NCBI RefSeq assembly: GCF_011386835.1
Contig: NC_088801.1
Location: 14,632,001-14,696,000, forward strand
Length of the DNA stretch: 64,000 nt
DNA from: Chrysemys picta bellii
Taxonomy: Eukaryota
Direction: 5' to 3'
Made by a program: the position numbers and the translations under genes. The notes beneath the pieces are model-generated. The model made no database searches, had not been told where the DNA came from, and was given only the letters and a program-made list of their open reading frames with translations. Numbering within the stretch: position 1 is the stretch's first letter; every line of letters begins with the position of its first letter. Shown here one piece after another: positions 11,739 to 26,000 of this stretch.

Positions 11739-14700
11739 AAAGACAGAGATGAGCACTATATCAGTCTGGTTCTGATATAGGGAGTCTGGGTTACCTCTTT
11801 AGAAGGGATTCTGGCCTGACCATTGTGTTTCTCTTGGGCTGCTTTTCTTTATTGTGGTTCCAATGCTTCAAAGAAACCTGCAGATCTCTGCATACATGCT
11901 TAGTCTTCACAGCATCAGGGCTTCTATATATGTATTACATACAAAAAACAACATTAAAAGAATGCTGAGGACGCGGTTGGGACAAGAGGGAAGGCTAGCC
12001 TGGCCCCTCTCTCTTTCTTCTCTCCCAGGAGTTGGGGCAGTTCCTGCCCCATGTAGTGCTGCCAGAGGGGACAATGAGCCTCAGGGGCCATGTGCGGGCC
12101 TCTTGGGGGAAGCCTAACCTGGATCTTTCTCTCACCACATCTGCGGTTGGTGGACCTCTGGTCCCATGTGTTGTCCCCCCAGGGAGTGTGGAGAAGAATG
12201 GGCCACAGGGGCCTGATACTAAGAGGAGGGAGGGAGGGAGGGAGGGAAAGGGAAGCCTGGCCTGGCTCTCTTCTCCCTCCAACCTCTATTACACCTGTTC
12301 TAGCTCTTAGGTATTCTCACTGCAAAATGGTTGTAAATATGTTGCACCCTAAAAGTTTGGCTTCAGGATTATTTGCCCTCCTCTACTCCTTCTCATCTAA
12401 GGCAGGGTGATAGGTGACAGCTGCGGTGGTGGCTTTTGTGATGAAGAGAATGGAATGCTACAAACTTGGCCAAAACCACCTAATTCATTTGACATAAGAA
12501 ACTGAACAACATCAGATATGATGTTTCTTTTTCAATACTCTGCAGTGTGGAACAAATGTCTTCCTCTTCAGCGTGAAGAACTCACTTCACACCCTGAGTT
12601 TTTGGATTTTATCTATGTTGCAGCTGTCATTCTGGAAGGTTGCTAGTTTGGAGGCTAATTTTAAAAAGACATGTACACTATGGATTGGGGTGGGAGCCAG
12701 GAAACCTTGTATCAGTCAGTCTTGAGTGTGTGTCGTCTAATATTCTATTGCAAAAATGCATCTAAAGCCATGCCAAATCTTCATGAAGTGACGTATCAAT
12801 ATTTAACTAATTTGACCCTATGCAGGTTTAAACTGCCCAGTATAATCCAGAATATTCCAGGGGTATGAATAAAGGACTGAGAGGCAGGAATTACACAGGC
12901 AGGCAAATTGTGAATACTGTGATTACTGATGCTGATTGGCTGTGAATTGTGCAGTCAGTTATGCTAAAACATTGAATTTTCCTTCCTCACCTCAAACTCT
13001 CTTCCCCTAGTCTTTTATTTGTTTCCTCCAGCTGCTCTGGTTTATTGTTCACACTGCAAATTCTCTGGGGTAGGAACAACAATTTAATATATATTTGTAC
13101 AGCGCAGCGGATAGCACAACAGGACTCTGACTTGAATGAAGCTTTTAGGTATTGCCACAATATACAGGATGGAAATACTTCATTCTAGGTCTGGTTCAGA
13201 TATTGACTTAGTGGGTAACTTCAGTAGCAAATGTTTCAAGCCAAAATAAATAGTTACTGTCCTAATTTATAATCTACACAATATCCTGATTGACTTGATT
13301 TCTTCCCTCAAGTAAAGGTGTAAAGGTTTTGATAAGCTGGAGTTTGATTAGAGCTGCTAAAAGGGACAAGTGCAACTACATGATCTTGACTTTTGAATAA
13401 CACTTCCAAGAGAACTTAAGGCAGAAGTACCAACCCTTAATTGAATCTAAAGATTCCATTTGCCTTGAACTAATAGCTGAAGAATTCAGTATACTTTCTT
13501 CCCCGAGAAAAGTGAGATAAATGATGTGTACATGTCTATCAGGTACAATATTTGATCACTTACCTTCTTAGTCATCATTGATCTTTAATCACTTATTATG
13601 TAATGTTACACCCAATACAGATTGCAATGGAGGAAAAAACATAACAGTCATGCAGCCTGCAGAAGCAAGAAGGTAATTTGTCTCCAGCAGGAAGGTTGCT
13701 CTTTTCTGCACACTTCGTTTACAGCATCATCTATCATCTGTGAAAATCGCCAAGAGGCAGCGGGAACAAAGCTTAGCTGAAGTCACATGAGGCAAACTGT
13801 CTTATTAGAGTCTCATACTGATAGTAGCCAAACCTAAAAATTTCCCAGGGCAAAGACACATGTAAAGCAACGCCAAATCAGTCAATCTAAAAGGGTTTTT
13901 AAACGCTCACCCACTGCTATAGAGCAGAATGATACTGCTCATGCTACCTCTTTGAACACTACTGTGCTGGGATACCAATTACAGTTGCAGATTATAAATG
14001 GGTAACAACATGATCCTTGTAAGGAAAAGCTAAGCAATTTTCATTCGAGAATCAGTATGTTCCCTTATTCCTGTCAGTGTACCCTGAACTACTGATGACT
14101 TTTTCTAGGCTGTGAACTGTCCATTTATTGGGGAGATGGGGAGAAGAAAGAAGTAGAAGAAAAATTATTTCTTCACTAAGAAACTTTCAGATCCCATGAA
14201 ACCTGACAACAGCTTGGCATGTTCTTCCAAGCACAGCATGCAAAAGTAATAAGATTTCATGATGTGATTATTGGACGTTGTGGGCCACAGCCATCTGCTA
14301 AGAGGGGGACGTTCTGCTCTCGGAACATCCTGGTTGTAATTTGCACGGTCCTTGAATTCTTGAAAGTTACCAGGAGTTCTAACTTAGTGTGGATATCAAC
14401 TGGCAATTACAGCATGAAAAACAAAATGACTCAGCAATTTGGTCTTCTTAGGCAAACTGATTCCAGAGCAGGGATAGTCATGGTTTGCATTTAGCTTTCT
14501 CACCCTCTGTAATAGGGATACTGAATTTTCCAATCTGCTGAAGACCTATAACATAATTATTCCTCCCCAAAATGAATGCTGCCTATCTGACAAAACACAA
14601 AGCCCAGTGATAGTGGACAGGATATAATCTTCTTGATTCACAGTTACGGTTGTGTTCATCTTTCCATTAATAAAAATCTCTAATGGCTACACTATTAATG

Positions 14701-16040
14701 TGTGCCGTCAGGGCCGGCTCTTGGCACCATCATTCCAAGCATGGGCTTGAACTAGCACGTGCCGTAGGCAGACAGGGTTCAGTCCCCTACCAAAGCCCAT
14801 GGAGATTCTCTGTGCAATGACAATTTAGTCAGATTTCATTCAGGGATTGTGAACGACTAAATATGAGGAGTGGGATTTTCAAAAGTGTGCAGCATTGGCC
14901 TACCTCTTCTCCCGTTGAAATCAATGGGGTGGGAGTGGTTCATCACTGACTTTGCTATAGCTCTTGGGCTGTGATAGCTTCTGAGGAATTTTCATCCATG
15001 TAGTCAGCTTCATTTGATTGGCTTCCATTGGAGCACTATATGCGGAGGGCTTGTAGGACTGGCCCTATGGTATCGATTTGGTTTATAAGATTTTTGGTCC
15101 TATGTGCAATTAAGTACAACCAAAATTTTCAAACTTTGGGGCTGTGGAAATGCTGCACCTCTGCAAACCAGGCTAATTATTTCGGTGCTCACAATATTGA
15201 TATAGGCTCTGGACTTTAGTTCCCAAGTTTGGAAACTTTGGCCTAATTTAACATTTTTTCAAATATTAGTAACATTTCATTAGCAACAAAGTATGTTGTG
15301 GAGAGCCCATTAGAATGACAACAAGGAGTCATTGTGGGTCTGAAGTGGCTATCACGACAGCAAATGTATTGTAATATACATGAAGGAAGTCTATAAATTG
15401 CAGACGAGAAGTCCTGGCAGGGGTAAAATGGACAGCACTTTGCTTGCTGTAGGAGCCACATCCCCTCATTTCTTGAATGGATACCTCTGGTGATCTATCT
15501 GGTCTCACTTCACCATCAAGCAGTGTATGGATACAAAGACCTACTGCACCTATGCCCACCATGAAATCCTACACTAAACTAAGGGCTGGGCTCTGGGTTG
15601 AACTATGCATCTGCAAAATGCAGGAGTAAGAAATCCTCTTCTGCCTCTACCTTGCCTACCAGGCTCTTGGACAGGGATTGGACTGGTAGAGATGGGGGGC
15701 TGAACAGAGCCTTGACTCCTCTCCCTCACCATTCCAGCCAGCAAAGCTGAGCCAGTAATGGGTAAGAGAATCATAATTTGTCACTGATATAAGCCAGCAG
15801 AAAATTACTAACACCCCCACCTCCACACCAAGGGGAGAGAAGGGAGGGAGTTATGACTCCCTGAGCCACAGTTCCTTCCCTGGGCAGCTCTGCCCTTCGT
15901 ATGGGCTGAGTCCTTGTGGCACAATCTAACCGTAAAGGAGAAGCTGGTGTAAATGGACCATGTTGATTTACATCAGCTGGGGATGTAATTCGTTATCTTT
16001 AAGAGCAGGGAAGTTGGGCAATTTTTTCTTTAATGACTAG

Positions 16041-16347
16041 GGCTATGTCTACACTACACATCTTACAGCAGCGCAGCTGTACTGATGCAGCTGTGCCATT
16101 GCACGCTCTCTAGTGTAGCCGCTCTATGCCAACGAGAGAGAGAGAGCTCTCCTGTCGACATAATTAATCCACCCCCCAACGAGCAGTGGTTGCTATGTAG
16201 GTGGGAGAAACAAGTTCTCCCGATGACATAAAGCACTGTCCACACCGGTGCTTATGTCGGTATAATTTATGTTGCTGAGGGGAGTGGTTTATTCACACAC
16301 ATTCAACGCAAGTTATACCTGACATAAGTGGCAGTGTAGACATAGAC
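16041..16347. mobile_element. Harbinger-type MITE
   Basis: TIRs GGCTATGTCTACACT / AGTGTAGACATAGAC. Confidence 0.85.
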
Positions 16348-19300
16348 ATGACTAAGGTGTGGAGTGCTTGCTGCCGGCAGCGTTGTGTGTGTTGCATTCA
16401 TCTAAGAAGTAAGAAAAGAGAACTTCACTGGATGTGTCCGCTCTGGTAGCAATCAACGCACAGTGGCACAATGTATGCCACTGATGAGGACAAATAACAA
16501 GCATCACAAGGGGAGAGGCGCACCCTGCAGCAATACCCTTCTGAGTATATGTCAAGCAACAAAATGAGAGCTACAAAAGTCAGTTGTAACAGGTCACTGT
16601 AGGACTTCTCATGCGTTTGGAGTTTATCTATGCAATATGAGCCTAAAATCTCTAACCTGAAACCAAAAAACACATGTTGTTCTGAGGCATGGGTACAAAA
16701 ATATATATTTTTCCATAGAAGTATTTCTGATATCAAAACTTAATAATTCTTTCATGTTACAGTAATATATAGCCCACCTAAAATTTCATTATTACCATTG
16801 ACAGAAGGAAGGTGTTAACAGCTGGGAGGGGGAGAAACAGGTGTGGGGAACTGTGGCAAAATTTGAATGGAAACATGTGAGTGATTTAGCCTTTGTTCTT
16901 TATTGTAATAGCGTTTCTCAAACTTGTATAATAGTAATGTAATCATCAACTGCATCCGACACCATTGCATCAAATTATTTCACTCCCCCCTGACTTTCTC
17001 CTCACTGCCACCTCTTACTATCATCAGAAGTATCTGTTAATCCCCAGGGCAATAGCATTTCCCCCAATATAAATGGATTTAGATTTTTAGCAATCGGTGT
17101 TCTAAACTATTGACACCAAAGGGTATGTTAAATTCAGGAGACAAGACAACCGCACATGGATGTGAGAAATACAGATTCATCAGCAAAGAAAAGGAAGATC
17201 TCTGCTAATCAATTAACCTACACTGGACCCATCACTGTGAGAAAGTATTGTGCATAAAGGGACAAAATTCTCTATGACAGATGGCACTCGGCCTCATGCT
17301 ATTACTGGGTTACTGCTCACGAGCTTGTTTACCTCCCATACAGAAACAATAAAATTGCTTATTTATTTTAAAGAGAGAAGTGGAAATGCTTATTTACTAA
17401 ATCAATCAAGGCTTACTAAGGCAGAACAGCCACAATCCTCACTCCCCTAGAACATTAGATACTTCACTGATTTCAAGTGGCAATTATCTAGTGCATTTTT
17501 TGCAGCCCACTCTGACTAGAGGCATTTCATTTGCAGATTTTGATGAAAATTGTCGTATTTTTTAATTGCCTATTTCACCAAACTGAATTTTGAAGCAAGT
17601 GATTAACTGGAAGCTGCTTTTTTTCCCTCGGAGTTGCCTTGGGCAAGCAAGAAAAATATTTGTCAAGACCCATGTCTGGTTATTTCACGTTTGAGCTGAG
17701 AAATGCACAACTGCCTTCAAGTCAACATTAGGTATAACAGAAACATGACTATTATTTAACCATAGCTGAAAATGTCAAAAACAAGCTGTGTCTGGCATTT
17801 TGACAAGACAGTGTTGAAAAGGAACCACTTTTCAACACTTGGGAAACTGTAGAGCAAAACTGTACAGTTATCATTTGGCTCTGGGTAGGACTGTAGAGGT
17901 TTACGTTTAAATTCTCAGGATTGTGTTATTAGGGAGTACTAAATTATTATCATTTGTATTCCAGTAGCACCTAGGAGTCTGAGCCATGGACCAGGATTCA
18001 TTGTGTTAGGCACTGTACATACTGAGAACAAAACTCTGCCCCAAAGCTAGATAAAACAAAGCCTGAAGTCCCAATCCTACAAATGCTTACAGGTATGCTT
18101 GGCTTTATGCACATGAGGTCAATGTAACTGTTCACATGCCTGACAGTAAGAATGTATGTAACTTTTTCTGGATTGGGACCTTAATTATGACTCTGAGTGT
18201 TTGTTAGAAATAAACCAAAAATATTTTAAAGTAGACATCCTCCCTGGAAGTTTATCAAGTATAATCAAAATTTGATTTGGCACATTTTTATTAAAAATAG
18301 CATTGTGAAGGGGAAAAAACCTTTGATACTGGAAAAACGTAGAAAATTTAAAATCAAATATACTTTCTTCCAAACAGAAGAGCAACTTGAGGAAGATCAT
18401 TTTAACCATAGGGTAAAGAAGTGACAGTTCTTGTGATCCAGAATATTGGGTGGGTCAGTGCTAGAAGAAGACAGTACTCTCTCTATATGTTGATGATAGT
18501 TTCAAAGAATTCTAATTAGTAGGATGGACAAGGTGTTATGCAATTAAAACACTCAAAAGCATCAAATATATCTTCTGCATTGTACAAGCAACTGTTGACC
18601 AGCTTCATGTAGGTTAACTGGCTGCATCTCTCTGTGCTTCACCAAGATTCAGGTAAACAATTTCTAACCTGTTCATTTCACCCCACTAGGCAACTTTGAT
18701 ATCAACCAGTTTTAGATCAGGTATTGTATCTCACATAGATTTGTCTGTACAAACATATTTGAACTGAATTTCAGAGTTGTCTGTTGTTGGCTCCCTGAGC
18801 AAAAGCTATAGTCCAACAATTCACACCCATTGATCCTCGGGTGAAGGATCATGATTTCTTCTCTCTACAAACTCCTGCCTGCAATCCTTTAACTTTGTAC
18901 CAAATAAAAGGACAGCTGCACAACAGATCTCTGTTTGTTCTATTAACTGTTTTCTACTTCAGAGTTTAAGTCAAACTCTACTGAGAGTTATGAAGGCTGG
19001 ACTAAATGAACCACTACTCCAATCCAGTGTGAAAATTCTTATGTTCTAGGAGTCATGAAGACTTCCACACCACTTTTGGAGCTTCAGGGAACATCCATAC
19101 AAAGAGAATAGGTATCCTCAGAGCAGAGAGATTCCACATACAAAGAAGTATTTGTTTATTTTTCTGCTGATTTCAGGAAATATATTTCAGTTTCTAATGC
19201 CCTGGAGAACTTTCCCTTCACCGACCCACAGTTTAGCCCACTGGATCAATGCAATGATCAGGGTCTGTAGACATAACATGAAAACTTTACCGTCAGCAGA

Positions 19301-22093
19301 TACCCACCTCAGAGATTTCATTTCTAGATTTCACCAACTCTCACCCAGGGCACCTCTAACTGTCTGTGCTGTTCACTGGCTTCCCAAAAGCAGTGTGCTA
19401 AATGTGGGTCTGAAATCACATGGAACATTATTATTGTTTAATCAGAAGAGACACCGTCCCAAATCAATCTTGAGCTGAATTTCCTACCAGTGAAATATCA
19501 AACAAAAATGCATGAATATGGCAATCTGTTATGACAACAAGCTCTTCAATAGCCAACACTTTGCACTCACATCATCGTTACGCTGCCACATCTGATGCTA
19601 ACAACTTCGTCCCTCTGAAGAGTTGACGTACCCTATAAAAAGTGCACTTTGTAAATCACAGAGAAAGATGACAGCTTCCATCCATGATGAAAGAAGGAGG
19701 GAAAGGCAAATTTCAGTTTGTTCTGGTCTATCTAGGTACATTTCTGACTCCTTATTACCTTAGGAAAAGGACTGAACAATTATTGTAGTATTCTTGAGCA
19801 TTCTCAACCATGGTGGGCTAAATTCTCTGCGGTGAAACTGCTGCAAATCCACTGAGGTCAATGGAGCTGTGCCAGTTTAGCAGAGGACTTGGCCCTGTCT
19901 CCATTCATTCAGCAATGATTGTACTTGACATGCAGTACAGAATGCGCATTTGTTTTTAAAAGTAAAACAGTGGGTTCTTTCAATGCTAACCCACCCTATA
20001 AATAGTCCCAGTTTTCCAAGAACTAAAGTGCCTTTAAATCAAACTCATATGTGTAAAATAGTTCGAAGAGAGGGGCAGAGGAAGAGAAAGGAGAAGAGGA
20101 TATCACTTTTACTTCTTTGGTATTTTTGAGTGACGGGGATCTCAGCAGTGGAGGATGAGCAAGTGAGTGCTTGAAAAGCAAGGCAGCCTGTGTTTCAATT
20201 GTACATCATTAAAACACACACCCATTACAATCAAAGTTATTTCTGCCCCACATAAACCTGATGTACTCTCACATTACCAACAAAATTACTGGGGATCAGA
20301 TCCTCCCAAGACAGCTTTGCACTGCTCCAGCGGGTACTTAAAGTTGCCTAAAGACTGCAGCTAAAGAATGGCCTATGCTAAGGGACTGCTGACCCCTGTT
20401 ATAAGGTGGTATTCCAGGTTGGATTGGGGATGGGGATGGGATGGGGCTGATGCACAACATACTGTGCCAAGTCTAGGCAGCAGAGCTACTCCTTAGGAGC
20501 AGCTACCCATTGTCGTAATTTGAAGCAGGCCCAAAAAGCCGAGAGCGTGTCTGTATGAACACTGGATCTGGCTCCCAATCTTCAAACTCAGGCTGTGAAA
20601 AAAAGCCATTTATCATTTCAAGCTTTCTTGCCCCTTACTGTTCGTCGTGTAGCCCTGTGCAAAGTTTTGTGGTTTCCCTTCCCCAGGGATGGATAAATAA
20701 TTTGTAACAATTCCTTTGCTAAATTTTGTCTCCATTTCTGGTCACGAATTTTCACAGAATAATTCTTGCTTCAGAAACTAGGCACAGCAAATATTCAAAA
20801 ATCTGAAATTCAAGCTGCTTTTACCACAAGGCATATTCCCGTTCCCCGAGTTGCTGAGCATAACTTCGAGTGAAGTGCACAGACACTCACATTTACAAAC
20901 TCAATATTCCCTTGCTGAATATATTTTACAACCTTAGCTTAAATTGCACCATTTCAGCAAACATCGCCACCAGTAAACTTATTTACTAGCGTATTCATAG
21001 AAAGCAAACACAATAGGGGTGTGGGCATAGCCGACGAGAATCTCTTTTAACATTTGGATGAATTCTATTTATCTGTGATTTGGATGTCGTGAGTTCTGTC
21101 TGGGAGCCTAAAACGTAGAATTTTCTGAACGCTCAACTCGTAGATCTGTAATGTACTTACTAGTCTCTCTCTCCCCCATCTTCTCTTTCTTACTATTGTA
21201 TTTGATTTCTTGAAATTATGGTACACTGGGTGCATTAGAAAATACCTAGTGCAAAAGTATTAACAGGACAGTTAATCTTTTGTACCTCACACCTCAGACA
21301 GCAGAGTTCTAATGACTGCTAGGAAAAAAAGAAATCCCTTTCTAAAAAAAAAAAAATGCAAATCTGCCCTTTGGCCTGGATTTAAGCCTGCTAGGAGAGG
21401 TCAGGGGAGAACTACTGCTTCCCCTCAGGACTAACTGCCTTTCAGGAGTCAACACACTAACTGCCAGTATGCTGCCTGCAAATCTGTGCATAAAGTTTAT
21501 ACTTTAATTTGAGGCTGCTACTTGCCTGCTGAAGAAAATTCAGAACAAAGCCGTAGGTCCTTTTGCTCAAAACATGATCATATACATAGTGAAAATGCAA
21601 TGTGACTGCATGAAACAATTAAACTAAGTAATGTTTACTATTCCACTGTTGTTAAGTAGTTGGATTTACCTTTCATTTAAGATTTAGAGTTGGACATTAA
21701 ATTCCAGCATGCCTCCTGCTTTGCATTTAGTGCTGGCATCAGAACTAAGCACTAGATGATTCCTCCCACTGTGAGGCACACACTCCCTTCTTCCCAGCCA
21801 TGGTTGTACTTTTACAAGCACTATATTTCACATTTAACACCACTTAAGTGTGTGATGTTTATCCATTAATGTTATAAATGGGCATTACTAGCAACAAGGA
21901 TTCCAAATGTAAAAAACACACAAGACGGGCAGGGTGATGCATCTGTTATGACAACACTCTTTCCTTAGGAGCCGGGGGAGGGAAGGGGCTGCTAGTCCCT
22001 ACTGCTGCAGAATCCAGCCAAACGCAGCGATGGAAAGCCTAGCTGTGACAGAGTGCTAGGAGCCTACAGCTGACCCAGCACTCTGGTCACTAA

Positions 22094-22340
22094 GATTATG
22101 TCTATATTGGGATAAAAAACCCATGGCTAGCCCGGGTCAGCTGACTTGGGCTCACGGGGCTTGGGATGCAAGGATGAAAATTGCTGTGCAGACATTTGAG
22201 CTCAGGACCACTGCAAGTGGGGAGGGTCCCTGAGCTTGGGTTCCAGCCTAAGCCCAAATGTCTCCACAGCGATTTTTAGCCCTGTGACCCATGGCAGCTG
22301 CAGCCATGTTGCAGGTCTTTTATCCCTGCGTAGATGGACC
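22094..22340. mobile_element. Degenerate Harbinger-type MITE
   Basis: Degenerate TIRs GATTATGTCTATA / GCGTAGATGGACC; TAA on the left. Confidence 0.65.
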
Positions 22341-23115
22341 TGAGGTACTAGCTATTTCTCCCATGGAGCGGAGTTAACTGGGAGATGGGTGCTCAATGGC
22401 TTAATTAGGGGGGGAGGTTGACAAGCTAATGAGAGCAATCAGTTTGTCAGCTGGGAACAGTTACAGGACAGGAAGGAAGTGCTGGGAAGGCTGCCAGGGA
22501 ATACAGGATCTCAGGATGGGGAGATCTTGCCTTCTCCCTTCCCCAGCAAGCGGGTAAGGAGGTTGTTTACTTCCAAGGGTATGGTGCTGCACAAGGCTGT
22601 ACTGGTAAGCTGGTGCCATGGACCCAATAAATAACACACTGGTGTTCATGAACTTGAGAGCATCTAGTCTGTTTGTGGTGGCCTGAGGTGTGGAGAAGGT
22701 GGCCGTGTCACACTGGCTTAGATGGGGGACAGAGAGGAAAGTTGGAAAGGGGTGGAGAGGACACAGAGTAGCTTAGGATGGACACTCCACGGTAAAATTC
22801 CTGCACCTACCTTTTGGCCCATACAGGACAGGCCTGCCTCCAGGAACGGTCATGAGGAGGATCACCAGGCACTGCATGTATGAGCTTCTTCATTGCTGCA
22901 TTCCTACAGGGCAGGGTGGGAACAGGTGACCCCATCAATTATTCAGAGCCATTAATGGCTCAAATCCCACAGACTACATTTCCACATACAAACCACTGGC
23001 AACTGCGATCCCCAGGACATCATAGATCACAAAGCTCAGGACAAGGCATTCTTGAGGTGAGGTTGGGGGAGGGGATCCAGCGGTCCAGGACAGATTAGAT
23101 GAGGCCAGAGTCCTC

Positions 23116-23223
23116 TAGGTTTCTCAACCTTTTTGATACCAGGCACCGGGGTGCTGCCTTCCTACACTGTCAGGGAAATCTCAGGGAACAGTGCCGATCC
23201 AGACCAGTCGTTGAGAAACACTA
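23116..23223. mobile_element. Short hAT MITE
   Basis: TIR-like TAGGTTTCTCAAC / GTTGAGAAACACTA. Confidence 0.55.
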
Positions 23224-24530
23224 CTCTAAGAGATGCTGCCAAGCTTCCTTTTCCACAGCAACAGAAAGACATTCACAGCCAGCTGCTTCTCTCTACCCTT
23301 CCTCCCTCCTCAAGAAAAGAAAAAAGACTCTACCCCAGGCAGAGCTGTCTATAACCTAAGAAAGGAGAAAAACTAGAAACTCAATGAAGCCTGGGACTTC
23401 TCTATTGCCAATCTCAATCTATTGTGTCTGGAAGTTGCTAAGACGATGGGCAGCAGCACAGAATGGATACGTCATTTATGTCTATACAGTGTTTTGAACA
23501 ATGGGGTCCTGGTCTCTAGGTTCTATCATAACAAAATAGTAACAGTCAGACACAGACAACCTACCCACTAAAGCACCCAATGCATCAGCTAAGAAAAAGC
23601 CGCAGGTCAAAACAGCAACAAATTGGGGACTGCAGCCTACAAAAGCCTCTTTCCAAAAGGTCTTCACTGTTCGATGGGCTTAAAAAAAAAAAAAGTAAGA
23701 GAAAAATAAGACAGATCTAAGCCACAAAGCATACAGCAGAAGTTCCATCCAACTTCCAGACACAGAACTCTGGGTCACCACCAAGCCGGTAAATTGATAA
23801 GTGACATCATTGAAAGCTCTGTGCTTTCCTTGTCCATGGGAGAGGACATCAGCATTGGGTTTGGGCTGGCAAGATCAGACCTAAAACCAATCCCTGTTAG
23901 ATCCCCAATAGACAATCTCCAGCTCCTACTATTGTGGTTTATCATTCCTATTTATTTACAGTTCCTTCAACCAGTTTTCACGTGTGTATGACAGTGCCTG
24001 TATTTAAGACCATTTGAATTAAGCTTTCACACACAACAGTGAGGCACTGTATTAAAATGCTTTCATAAAATCCAGATCCATTACACCTACTCCCTTCATC
24101 CAAACAACATCAAAAGAGCAATCACATTCATGTGGCTTGATTTGTTCTTTGTAAACTCATGCTGTCTATTGTTCATAACTGTCACCCTCTATTAAGAAAA
24201 TGAGCTCTCTCTTTCCATATTTGTTCCATTATTTTATTAGGGACTCAAGTGAGCTTTCTACATATTTAATGAAGCACCAATCATCACAGAGTCATAGTAC
24301 TCTTTATCCAAGTGCTCTTGCCAGGGTTTCTTTTACATTAATATTTAAAGGACTGGCATCAGGTTTGCTTTCTTCACAACTGCCAACCCCTGCCTCCCCA
24401 AATCATAGGGTAGCTTGCAGCTTTCCATAGCTTTTTTTGTTTGTTTGTTTTTTTAATTGCAAAGGTCAGTAAATTCATTAGCTAAAGACTTTAAGAAGCA
24501 CACTGCATTGAACCAATGATTTGTCTAGTG

Positions 24531-24840
24531 CAGGGGTAGGCAACCTATGGCACGTGTGCCGAAGGCGGCACGCGAGCTGATTTTCAGTGGCACTCACATT
24601 GCCCAGGTCCTGGCCACCGGTCCAGGGGCTCTGCATTTTAATTAAATTTTAAATGAAGCTTCTTGAACATTTTAAAAACCTTATTTACTTTACATACAAC
24701 AATAGTTGAGTTATATATTATAGACTTATAGAAAGAGACCTTCTAAAAACGTTAAAATGTATGACTGGCACGCGAAACCTTAAATTAGAGTGAATAAATG
24801 AAGACTCGGCACACCACTTCTGAAAGGTTGCCGACCCCTG
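24531..24840. mobile_element. Young hAT MITE
   Basis: TIRs CAGGGGTAGGCAACCT / AGGTTGCCGACCCCTG; perfect TSD GTCTAGTG (24523-24530, 24841-24848). Confidence 0.93.
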
Positions 24841-25860
24841 GTCTAGTGCAATATCCAATCTCAAACAATGGACAGCACTAGATATTTCTAAGAAATGTGC
24901 AAACCTCCCTGGTAAGGACAATTATTCAATAACTTTCCTATGGGAGTGGGGTGGAGTTTTTTCCTAACCCCATGCAACTGTTTGGCATGACCTAGCATGA
25001 GGCAGAGTTGCCAAGTTTGGTTGGATGTATTCCTGGAGGTTTCATCACATAACAATCTCCAATTATAGATTAACCTGTAAGTCCTGGAGACTCCAGAATA
25101 CTCCTGGAGGGTTAGCATGAGGGCTCTGTTCATTGTACATTTTTACCCTGTGTAGCATAACTATGGATAGTCTTATTAATCATTTGTCTAATCTTTAATT
25201 TAATTTTACATGCTCTTTTCCTCAATACTACCTTCTGCCAATGAGTTACAGAAGCAGCCAGAAGCCTCAATTAGGAATTTGGGACCCATTTAGCTAGATA
25301 CTATAATACAAAGGCCTCCCCTTCTCCAAAGAGTATACAATCTATACACCTGTTGAGACAATGAGTGTATAAAACAAATAAATGGGCCTGGAATAAGACA
25401 AGATAGGCAATGAAACAATCCGGTTTATATTAATAAATAAAAGTGTCAGTATGCCAATGGTCTAGCCATTGTGCAGTGATTTATAGGCATCCAGGCAGAG
25501 GTGAGTTTTAAGGAGGAAACAGAATGAGGAAATGTATTGCCTGGCTATTTCATTGGTTTAAATTCCTTCCTACAGCATTGAGAAGAGGTAAAGAAATGCC
25601 CAATTTATGTTCTTTATAACGTTCATTATTGTAAATAGTTCCATTGTACCACATTTTACCTGTCTCCTCTCTAATCTAAATAATCCTAACCCTTTTAGTA
25701 TCCCCCACTTTAGATGTTTATACGGATAACATCATCCAGAGGTGTGCGAGATCTCATTAGAGAAAATGAGGGATGTAAACATTCAATCTTCAGTGCATAA
25801 ATTAACCACTAACTCACAGGTGTTAGGAAAAAGCTTTGAGTTATTCCACAACAGTCCACA

Positions 25861-26000
25861 GAAACATAGGAATTGTCATACTGGGTCAGACCCAAGGTCC
25901 ATCTAGTCCTGTACTCTGTCTCTGACAGTGGCCAACACCAGGTGCTTCAGAGGAAGCTGTAAGAAGGCTGGAGCAAGCAGATATGGGAAAATCTGCCCCT
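25861..26000 (-). mobile_element. CR1 3' UTR fragment
   Basis: Reverse complement resembles the CR1 tail at 58.2-58.4 kb (GATGGACC...GGTCTGACCCAGTATG). Confidence 0.65.

Noticed and set aside
19624-19641. TGACGTA next to TATAAAA (CRE/TATA-like)
   Set aside because: Spacing is too tight, there is no downstream exon or CpG support, and such motifs are expected by chance.
19524-21956. Exact 16-mer ATCTGTTATGACAACA at 19524 and 21941
   Set aside because: About one 16-mer match is expected by chance in 64 kb, and the flanks do not extend the match.
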